From contig PS015458.1 of the NCBI GenBank assembly GCA_048213135.1, positions 1 through 40,476 of the forward strand: 40,476 nt of DNA, in the 5' to 3' direction. This DNA is from Reclinomonas americana ATCC 50394 (taxonomy: Eukaryota). The translations under genes and the position numbers were made by a program. Under the pieces are notes generated by a model. That model did not search any database. It was not told the DNA's origin and saw only the letters and a program-made list of their open reading frames with translations. Shown piece by piece: positions 1-10,075 of this stretch (the stretch's first letter is position 1; every line of letters starts with the position of its first letter).

Positions 1-1663
1 GTTGGTCTCGCACCACCGTCCACTCCGCCTGGCAACAACAGCGGAAACAACGGTGGGACCGGATCTGGAACGGGATCTGGAACGGGATCTGGTTCGAGTT
101 CTGGCTCGGGAACAACTTCTCCGCCACCGCCGGACTTTTCCAATCCTGGGAGCTGCTCTTCCAACCCGTTCGCGCAGGCTGTCGAACTGCCACTCGGTTC
201 CGCTCTTGCGTCAGTTGAGTGGCGCGAGTGTGCATGAGTATTCTCCCCCTCCATGTGCGCCGCTAACATCTTCTCCTCCTGCGCGTTTGTATCGCATGTC
301 ATCAGCTCACCAGCGCTGTTTGTGGCTCGACTTGGGTTGGCCGGCAGAGTTGCTGCACGAGCGATACCTTCAGCGCCATTGTGACGGTCGTTCAGAAAGC
401 CAACAGGAAGATTGCTGACATGGTAACATGTGCATCCCTCGTCCCACGACTGCCTTCGACAAAGTAACTCAACCGTCGACTGCACCACGCAGATCGATCA
501 AGTGGAGCAGTGGGAGATGTCGGTCCTCACACAACTCATCAACAGTGTGCAGGGTGAGTTCTTGTCGCTGTCGCACATGTGTATTACTGCTGCTCATCGT
601 GTTCGCGCACGCCCTCAAATGCCTCTTTGCAGCTGACGTCACGCAAGTGTTGGAACTCGTGCGTAACGTGTATCAGGTGGACAACTCAGCTGCTGTGCAG
701 AGTGGTGAGTTGCAGCATGCAGTGTCAACGCTCCGCTTGACCTACACGACGAGTCCTCACGATACCGATTGCATTCGCAGCTCTACGGGATGCCTCCACT
801 GCGGCAGACAACTCGCACTTCCACTCGTCGTTCGGCACGGCGTCGCGACAATGCGTAGCTGCCCTGCGGCGGTATGCGGCTGGCATGGCTTGCATGTCGT
901 GTACTTCGGACTGGGGTCAGTATATCACGGCAGACCGTCACATTCGAGTCAGCGCGGCCACGTGCAGCTCCCTCCTCACCGGCTGTCAGCCCATGTTCGA
1001 CGCGACAAACAATGTCTACTCGCTGCTGGTGGCGGTGTATCGAGCCGCCGTGCGCGGAACTGCCTTGCTGTCGACAGTCAGCAGCTTCTCTGCGCCATCA
1101 ATCTGCAATACGAACGACTGTCGTTCGATGGTGTGCACTGGCATGGTGCGAGGTCTCGACTTTGCCGCCGACACACTGCCAGCGGCCGCTCCGCCTCTGA
1201 CTCTCAACCTCGGCCAGCGAATGGCGCTGCGCATGGCAGTCATGGTGAATTCCACCACGCAACAAGCCGACGTCACACGCGCACTGGAAGCAGTGGTTGT
1301 CAAGTTCCGCCGCCACCTCGCCCAGCATTCGCAGCAGCAGCATGTCACCGGAGAGTTGCCCGAGGAGGAGGTCGAGACTGCCACTGGCGATGTCATTATT
1401 GGTTCGCGCACTGGGGCAACGACGTTTGTCAATGAGGTACGACCATTGGCTGTGATTTTGAGTGCACTGTGGGGTGACATTGTTGATGATGTCGCCTTCG
1501 CTTGTAGTATGTCACCAGCGGAGGATTCGCGCCCATGCAAGTGGAGTCGTCGTTGTATGTTGATCCGGGAGCAGGGACAAGCAACAATGCCATCAATGTG
1601 GCCGCCGCTGGCACGATTTGGTGGGCTGTGTGCGTGATCGCCACCATGGTGCTTGCAATGTGA
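1..1663 (+). CDS. Cys-rich cell-surface protein, probably GPI-anchored, with folate-receptor/NPC1-N-like Cys spacing (5' truncated)
   Basis: Hand-spliced across 5 GT-AG introns (donors at 214, ~422, ~554, ~706, ~1437). A G/S/T/P linker (GTGSGTGSGTGSGSSS) precedes VCGSTWVGRQSCCTSD...QCVAALRRYAAGMACMSCTSDW...CSSLLTGC. The C-terminus is small residues plus a hydrophobic tail (SNNAINVAAAGTIWWAVCVIATMVLAM*, TGA 1661-1663). The family call is inferred from Cys spacing only. Confidence 0.6.
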
Positions 1664-1857
1664 CCCAGCGCTGCGATGATGCTCCACGGCCAGTGTCGAT
1701 ATCAGATATATATCAGAGATCACAGACTCGCAGAACGATAAGGCACTGTCGGCAAGGGATTTGTGCGATGTGGTGAATGAAGTGTTTTGTTTTGTAGTGC
1801 ACGTATACGCCCCCGACGATGCATGTGACAACGACAACAACATGCGCAACAACAATT

Positions 1858-4181
1858 TTACGGAATCCCAATGGCAACACAGTTGCATGACTTCAGAAAC
1901 TGAGTCATGTACGGAAACGGGAGGAAAAAACATCGGATAGAAATGCAGCAAGGAGTGGCTTGGTACACGTAGTCGCCGTCCATGCTCTCCGGATCCAGTA
2001 TGCCTGCAAGTTGATCTCTTTCACGCCACCAACGTACGACACCACCGCGTTTTTGCTCTGCTTGCTTCANNNNNNNNNNNNNNNNNNNNNNNNNNNNNNN
2101 NNNNNNNNNNNNNNNNNNNNNNNNNNNNNNNNNNNNNNNNNNNNNNNNNNNNNNNNNNNNNNNNNNNNNNNNNNNNNNNNNNNNNNNNNNNNNNNNNNNN
2201 NNNNNNNNNNNNNNNNNNNNNNNNNNNNNNNNNNNNNNNNNNNNNNNNNNNNNNNNNNNNNNNNNNNNNNNNNNNNNNNNNNNNNNNNNNNNNNNNNNNN
2301 NNNNNNNNNNNNNNNNNNNNNNNNNNNNNNNNNNNNNNNNNNNNNNNNNNNNNNNNNNNNNNNNNNNNNNNNNNNNNNNNNNNNNNNNNNNNNNNNNNNN
2401 NNNNNNNNNNNNNNNNNNNNNNNNNNNNNNNNNNNNNNNNNNNNNNNNNNNNNNNNNNNNNNNNNNNNNNNNNNNNNNNNNNNNNNNNNNNNNNNNNNNN
2501 NNNNNNNNNNNNNNNNNNNNNNNNNNNNNNNNNNNNNNNNNNNNNNNNNNNNNNNNNNNNNNNNNNNNNNNNNNNNNNNNNNNNNNNNNNNNNNNNNNNN
2601 NNNNNNNNNNNNNNNNNNNNNNNNNNNNNNNNNNNNNNNNNNNNNNNNNNNNNNNNNNNNNNNNNNNNNNNNNNNNNNNNNNNNNNNNNNNNNNNNNNNN
2701 NNNNNNNNNNNNNNNNNNNNNNNNNNNNNNNNNNNNNNNNNNNNNNNNNNNNNNNNNNNNNNNNNNNNNNNNNNNNNNNNNNNNNNNNNNNNNNNNNNNN
2801 NNNNNNNNNNNNNNNNNNNNNNNNNNNNNNNNNNNNNNNNNNNNNNNNNNNNNNNNNNNNNNNNNNNNNNNNNNNNNNNNNNNNNNNNNNNNNNNNNNNN
2901 NNNNNNNNNNNNNNNNNNNNNNNNNNNNNNNNNNNNNNNNNNNNNNNNNNNNNNNNNNNNNNNNNNNNNNNNNNNNNNGCCCACCACAGCGTTGCATGCA
3001 CTCGGTGAGCTGGCGTTGGTGGGCACGCTGCCGCCACTGCAACGGATCGCAGTGGAGGTGGGCATTGTGCTGCCCTGCATCGGCGATACGGTAAGCAGGC
3101 CGGCTGTCACCTCGACAAAGCCCACCTCCGTTGTCGAGGCGGCACGCCAGCACAGGCGAAAACGGCCGCCAGCAGTCGTGAGGGTCGACGAGTCGGCCAT
3201 CGCCGAGACACTCCACGTCGTGGCATCCTGGTTGACCACGGGCGTGTTGAGGAATCGAATCGCGCTGCACGACACCCACGCAGGATCTGAGCATGTGGTC
3301 GTCGCAGGCACGTACGCGACGCGGTCGCTGGTCGTCAGTCTCGAGCCAGACAGCATCACAGTGAAAGCCGTATCGAGGGCCACAGTGGTCGGCGTCGCTA
3401 GAACAGGTCCGCCTACAGTGATTACTGCTGTGGACGGTCCGCTCACCACCGAGCCGTCGGTGAGCCGCAGGAAGTAGCACGCGGTGAAGGTGCCCGTAGG
3501 AACGCCGCCCATACGGAAGGTGACCTCGGTTCCGTTCTGGTTCGGGACCGCCGCTGCGAGCTGGGTGATCGAGGCCGCCGCGTTGCCCTGCGACGCCGAG
3601 CAGTCGCTGCCACTGACGCCGTTGCGTAGATTGAGTTGGTCGGCATTGGTGGCGCCCCAGGTCTGCAGAGTGAGGAGCAGCGTCTGTCCGAGCAACCAAG
3701 AGGTCGTGAGGCGCTGCTGCCATGGAGTTGGACCATGGACGCCGAGGAACTTGGGCCCCGTGGTCGGAAATGTGATACTGTAGCGCGCACCACCATCTCG
3801 CATGGCGCAAAAGTAGTAGCCGCCTGGCCGCCCGATGACTGCAGCCGGCAGCACCCATGTCGCACTGTTGTCGTCGGTTACCGGCGAAAACAAGGGGATG
3901 ACGGTTCGAGTTGCTGTCGAGCTCCACTCCTCGCTGCAAGACGTGCTGTCCGTGGCCATGGCAACAAAGAAAAAATTCTGAAAATAACCGTACAAATCTC
4001 GTCGAAGCCAATAAAGATTGACCCCGGTGATGGTGAGCTGAAACTGCTGACCAACTTTGACGGTAGTCGGCGAGAAGGAAGAAAACATCGACGTCTGTCC
4101 GTGCGCCACTGTGCAGCTCGCGGCAATGATGACAATTGCCGCTGCCAGCAGCACAAGGTGGTGAATGGCAGAGCGCGACAT
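1858..4181 (-). CDS. Secreted/surface protein with about three ~110-aa beta-rich repeats; middle lost in N gap
   Basis: ATG 4181 opens a signal peptide (MSRSAIHHLVLLAAAIVIIAASCTVAHG). The frame stays open without introns to the gap at 2978. Three repeats share the pattern P-t-t-v..g..f.l.l.G ... CS ... G.(Y/F)..C. The 3' end at 1858 (open frame after the gap) is tentative. Confidence 0.7.
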
Positions 4182-4720
4182 GCTGCGTGGGATTGCAAAA
4201 CGGATGATTATTGACGCGTAAACGCTCAACGCCACTGCACAAACTTGAAGATACCTTTGCATCTGCGGTGGTCAGCGCTCTCCGGAACAAAGGTGACGAA
4301 TAAACGCGTCCCGTCATGACTTGGCACGACACAATGTCAGTGTCGCGTCGTGAGTCGCAAGATATTCCGATACCAATTGCGCTAAGCAAGCTCTCGTCAA
4401 GAACCCTACGAACTGGTCTCGTTTCTGATAGTGTTTGCTCCACAAGCCTTGTGGGCGTGCGAGGAGGAGAGTCTGTTCGTCACAATCGTCAGACTCTGAG
4501 AATTGCAATTCCGACACGACACTGCACTCACCAGTGGACAGCAAGCGAAAACCCGACATGACACTGGAAACCAGTCAACGAGCAGCGGACACTGCATACA
4601 CCGAACATTCACCAATGTCAGATCTACTAACAAACCAAGCAACTTCATTCACCGCATCAACGGTGAGTAAACTCGGCGCCTTTGGCTTCGCATCGTCTAC
4701 ATTCCCGTTCCATCCAACCC

Positions 4721-6667
4721 CTAGTCAACATTCTCCGGCTTGTTCACCAGGTGCTTGTCCTCGTTCAGATTGTCGATCGCCAACAGCTCCTCCTCCGTCA
4801 GCTGGAAGTCAAACACCTGCAAATTCTCGATGCGGTGCTCCAAGTTCGAGGTGCGCATGATGGTGACTGCAACAGGCCGTCAGCGCCGGACGGGAAAGAA
4901 ATCGCACAAGAGAGATACACGCACTGAATCCGTGCTGCAAGCTCCAGCGCAGCAGCACTTGCGGAATGGTCTTGCCGTAACGCGCCGCCACCGAGTTCAG
5001 CACCCGTTCGTCCGAGTCGACCAGCTGCAAGGCAGGAATTAGCTGTGCACCCACACCAAACACACAAGCTGGCAGCAGTGACGCACATAGCCGTGTCCGA
5101 GGGCCGAGTACGCCGACACAAGAACGCCATTGTCGCGGCAGTACGTCACCAGCGGACTGCACATTTTAATAAAAGGGCGAGAGTTAGATTGCGCACTCCC
5201 CTCTTTCTCTCACACACTCCCTCCCTCTATCCTTCCCTCCTCCCCACACTCACCGCTGCGTCAGCTTCGGGTGAATCTCCACCTGATTGATCGCCGGCGG
5301 AATGGTGCAGTGCGCCATCAGCTCCTCGAGGTGCTTGATGGTGAAGTTGGAGACGCCAATCGAACGCGCACTGCGCCAACGACAAATGAGCGATTACTTG
5401 CCACCTTTCTGTCTCCCGTTCTCCCACGTCTCACTCGCCTCCGGCTCCACTCGCCTCTGTCTCCACCCGCCCCTGTCTCCACCCGCCCCTGTCTCCACCC
5501 ACCCCTGTCTCCACCCGCCCCTGTCTCAGCTCGCCTCCTCACCCGCCTCTGCTTCACCCGCCTCTTTGTCTGTCTTACGTTCTTTCCGTTTCCTCTCCCT
5601 CCCTTATCTCCTCCCACTCCTCTCCTTCTCCTCTCCCTCTCCCCTCCTCTCCCCTCCCCTCCCTCTTTGCGTGTGCGCTTCCTCACCGCCCACTGTTGTA
5701 GATCTCCTCCATGGCGCGCCAGGTGTCGCGGCGAAGCGCAATGTTGTCAGGCGGACTCGTAAACATCTGCACAATCTTCCACCTACAAGAAGTCAATACG
5801 AGACAGACATGCAGGAACGACGCGAAAAGAGCGACGCACTGCGGCTGCGGGCCTGCGGTTCCACGAACATATACAGTTATGTCAATAACTTCTCTTCATC
5901 GTCCCACCCCTCTTCAACCCTCGATCACTCACCGGGGAAGTGCACCAAGAACAAGTCAATGTAGTCGAGCCCGAGGTTGGTGAGCGACTTTTCGAACTCT
6001 TCCAGCGTCTCCTGGTACCTGCACGACACCATAAAGAATGCGTCAACCTCGGGCATTCAAAGCACGGAGAAGAACACCGACTTACCCCATGCGATCACGC
6101 AAGAGCTTGGTGACGATAAAGAGCTCCTCGCGCGGAACACCCGAGTCGCGAATGGCACGGCCGACTGCACACAACCAAAGGTTGAGAGAATCATTCGGTG
6201 CACACGACCGTCGAAACGCACCTTGATCCTCGTTGCCGTAGTACGTGGCCGTCTGTTGAAGCCCGCGTGCGACAGTGAGTCTCACAAGCGGAACTGAGAG
6301 AGAAAATGAAAAAGCAGCCGCAACATCAATGTGTCGGAAGCCGAGACGAATGGCGCTCAACTGCGTAGCGCGCGTCAGCGTCGGTGGAGAAACGTGTCGC
6401 AGAGCCTACTCACCACCGACTCGTAGCACTCGTCGCCCTTGATCTCCCACACTCCGTGCGCAAGAATCGGGATCTTAACCTCCTGTCCATCGACACTCGC
6501 CTGCTTCAATGTCACTGTCGGAATGGGCGACACGAGCACTCCACCCGGCGGCTACACACTGCGTGAGAAACCAACGAGTGGCGGCGAGCAGAAAAGGGCG
6601 CACATCACCAAACCTTGGACGAGCTCACGCCTCCGGCGACTCCCTGCGGTGCGATTCCTGTCGACAT
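4721..6667 (-). CDS. Aldo-keto reductase (AKR1/AKR5-like)
   Basis: Splicing 11 introns yields [81 protein letters not shown] and [14 protein letters not shown]. The catalytic D/Y/K/H tetrad is present. Stop TAG at 4721-4723. Confidence 0.95.
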
Positions 6668-7089
6668 GGTGCGCTCTCTTTCTCTCGTAAAGAATGATCG
6701 TAGGGTGCGATCCGAGCATGGACAGGCGAATGCACTGCGCTGCTGGTCATGACGAGGGCTGGGCGGACAAGTAGTACCTCAGCGCGCCCTGCGGACTCGG
6801 CACGCAAGAAGGGAGAGAGAGAGAGAGAGAAAGGGTGGCGTGCAATACAAAGCAGAGTGCGGCACGGATTGACTGAGTAGAAATTTGATCCCGAAGAGGA
6901 CCGAAGAATGCTAGATTCTTGTCAAGACCGGTCGCGCCGTCATGACTTGCGCGACGCTTCCCTCTCACAGCCAGAATAAACAGCACGAAGATAGAACACA
7001 GAGCATCGTGGCACGAGATGAAAGAAGCCACAAACTAAGACCATGCTGTGCCCTAGCACAAGAAAGATTCAGTCTCAAGTTTTGTGAGA

Positions 7090-7720
7090 GCACTGTCTGC
7101 TCCTGCATTTTCTCCCGGATCATCGCCGCTCTTCGTTTCATCGGGGTTTTCTGTGTGTGCATTCTGCCTACCCCTGCATTCGTACTTCACTCCTTCGGGG
7201 TCTTCTGTGTCGTGCAATCTGCCTGCTCCTGCATGCCAATCAGCTTCTACCTTGCCTGCCAACTCTTCCCCATTTCTTCTCGTCGCTCATCTGGTGCAAG
7301 TTCTCTGCCTGCTCCTGCAGTCGTGTATCTCGCCAGCCTGCTTCTACCTTTACTTCACACTCTATGCTTCTTCGGCTCCGCCTGTCTCCTGCATTCGCGC
7401 TGTCGCCAGTTTCTCCTTCGTTCCTTACTCATTGTTTCTTCGGGGTCTTCTGTGTCGTGCAATCTGCCCGCTCCTGCATTTAACTAGCTCACTTGTTTCT
7501 ACCATGCCTACCAACTCTTCCCCCAATCGTCTTGCTCATCTGTTGTGTGCGCGCTGCCTGCTCCTGCAGTCGTATCTCCTACCTTCCCCACTCTTCGTTT
7601 CTTCTCAGCCATGGTTCTTTCTGCTCCAGAATTCGTATTATCGCCATTGCGTTTCAACCGTCACCCCTTCTCTTCGTTTCTTCTAGAGTGTGCTCTTCCT
7701 TCTCCTGGAGCATCATCGCC
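7090..7720. repeat. Degenerate intergenic tandem repeat (~55-60 bp subunits within a ~245 bp duplication)
   Basis: TCGGGGTCTTCTGTGTCGTGCAATCTGCC(T/C)GCTCCTGCAT occurs at ~7196 and ~7440, with a diverged copy at ~7141. The block ~7241-7333 recurs at ~7495-7583. CTGCTCCTGCA recurs throughout. Confidence 0.65.
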
Positions 7721-7882
7721 AATCAGCCTCTAGTTTGCCTCCTATCTCTTCTCCCATTTCTTTCGTTCATCTGCCACACAACCTCTGCTCTTCCACTGAC
7801 AAAGTCCTTCAAACGCAACTTTCAATTTGCCTCTACACAAAAAAGAATCACTGCTGCTGCACTATTGCTACGGGCGACGGCA

Positions 7883-8475
7883 CTACATCTGCCGTTGCAC
7901 AAACATGACCATCGAGTCGTTCTCGATGCCCAGCGACCCCAGGTTGGCCGTATCCGGCGCCAATTCGCGTCCTCGGAACACGAAGCGGATGCTACTTGGG
8001 GCGACATTCCCGGTGCGCAGTCGATCCACCGAACGCACAAACACTGTCGTCGCAAGTATGAGTCTCAAGCAACTGCCACGGAGGTGGAAAAAACGAGAAA
8101 CGCAACACGTCTTGAAGTCGAGCAGCGTGGACGACAGTTGCGCAGAGACTGTACACTCGCGCTTGAGATCAACGTCATGGTGAGCGGGGGGAAAGAGTGG
8201 AACCGCCGCACCTGCGTGCACAGTGGCGCCTTCGCGCACTCGCACATTCACAGTGGCGTTACTGGCAGCTGCCGCGGGCGCAGCACTGGCCGCACTGGCC
8301 GACGGCCCGGAACTCGATCGCAGCTGAGCGACCTCTTGCTGCAGTTGGCGCTCCCTGCTCTGACTCTGCTCCAGCTGCTGCTGCAACTCGCGCTCGCGTG
8401 CTCGTCCTTGCTCCACGGCTTGCTCCAAGGCGGTCTGCGCAAAACGCGAAGGGGGTGAGAGATCTGCATCAAATG

Positions 8476-8574
<99 letters not shown>

Positions 8575-9384
8575 AGACGAACAANNNNNNNNNNNNNNNN
8601 NNNNNNNNNNNNNNNNNNNNNNNNNNNNNNNNNNNNNNNNNNNNNNNNNNNNNNNNNNNNNNNNNNNNNNNNNNNNNNNNNNNNNNNNNNNNNNNNNNNN
8701 NNNNNNNNNNNNNNNNNNNNNNNNNNNNNNNNNNNNNNNNNNNNNNNNNNNNNNNNNNGAGAGAGAGAGAGAGAGAGAGAGAGAGACAAGAGCAGAGCAT
8801 TCTCTCATTCTCATTCTCGATGAGGGTGCGTGTGAAGGAGGGAGGAAGAGAGGTGGAGAGGGATGTCTAGATTTTTCTCTCTCCTTTTCAATGCAGGCGT
8901 GGGAATGTGTGTGCATGGAGTGCGAAAGAGGGAGAGAGGGAGGGAGAGAGAGAGAGCGTGTGTGGAGAGAGAGACAGCAAGAGCACCTCCCTGTTCCTCT
9001 CTTTCTCTTTCTCTAGTAAAGTATGCGAGTTCTCTTTCCCTTTCTCTCTCTTTCGGTGAGTCTGTGCGGGTGCGGGAGTGGAGAGAGAGAGAGAGAGGGA
9101 ATGAATGCAAGATGGAACGAGTGAGTCACGGCTGACAACACTCCCCACACACTCCGCTCCCCTCTCTCATTTTCTCTCTCTCACACACACTCTTGCACTC
9201 ACAGACTCCTCACACGAGAAAGAAGACAGACTCCAGCTCTCTCTTTCTCCCTCACACACACTCGCGCATATTTCCTCACATGGATCTGCCATCCATTGCG
9301 CTCTAGCAGTGTCCGCGCCGCCGTGCGGTCAATGGCGCAAATGTCGCTCAGCTCTGAAATCGCCGCCTCCTGCTGCTGTGCCAT
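7883..9384 (-). CDS. Protein with N-terminal UBA-like domain, coiled coil and C-terminal ubiquitin-like domain
   Basis: Exons 9384-9280, 8434-8107 and 8043-7883. They give MAQQQEAAISELSDICAIDRTAARTLLERNGWQIH|TALEQ (UBA-like, p47/DCN1 N-terminal type), an ERELQQQLEQ coiled coil, then STLLDFKTLFV...NVAPSSIRFVFRGRELAPDTANLGSLGIENDSMVMFV (ubiquitin-fold pattern, no C-terminal GG). Confidence 0.75.
8483..8786. repeat. Intronic (GA)n/(TG)n microsatellites flanking an N gap
   Basis: Direct dinucleotide runs inside intron 1 of the UBA/Ubl gene. Confidence 0.95.
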
Positions 9385-9524
9385 TCTCTTCTGTCTCCAG
9401 CGCGAACCAACACGTCGTTCGCAGGACATCCTTGTCTTTCGTCTTCCATTGAGAAAGGCACTTGCAGGATCCGTAAACCTGGTACGAGCACGCATTGTGT
9501 CTGTACTGTGTGTGTTGCCAAGGG

Positions 9525-9746
9525 TCAACGGCACGGGAACTCGAAGTTGACGAAGAAAATGGCGAAGTCGAAGTCGACGTCAATTGATCAAGGCATTCGG
9601 TGCACGAGCATCAGCTGACCAAGTCCAACCGTATCCAAAAACTCAACGTTATCACCAGTCTTGATGGCAGCAGCAGGTTCCTTGTGTGTGTATGTTCGCT
9701 CTCGCAGCGGAGCTTCGAACAAGTCGAGAACTGCGATCTTCACCGC
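9525..9746 (-). pseudogene. Possible decayed P-loop GTPase fragment
   Basis: One frame reads AVKIAVLD...TYTHKEP...NVEFLDTVGLG...MP*SIDVDFDFAIFFVN. This resembles beta1, a G3-like DTxG and the following strand, but there is no intact GxxxxGK and there is an in-frame TGA at 9588-9590. Confidence 0.25.
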
Positions 9747-10075
9747 ATAAGCACACTTGCGTAGACGCATAGCATCTTCTGCAATCGTACAAGACGCATC
9801 CACTCTTGGGAAAGAGTCAGAGCCAGGCAAACAAAGCACAGCTCGCTCCGGGATCAGTGAAGTAACCAAATCAGTGGTACACGACTGACTTCAGTGAACA
9901 CTGCTCTCCTCCTCACTTCACGTCATGTACAAACAAACACTAGCTGCGCACTTCCGCATTCATTTTCTAACCACATCGCCCCAACACAATATACAACACA
10001 CTTCAGTGCACACAAACTAGTTTTCCATCGCAAAACAATTTTCTTCTCCCACGTCCAGCTTATTACTTTTCCGTA

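Noticed and set aside
8964-9062. Possible extra exon THRKREKGKENSH... in the UBA/Ubl gene
   Set aside because: It derives from a GA-rich low-complexity tract. Joining exon 1 directly to 8434 completes the UBA-like motif (WQIHTALEQ).
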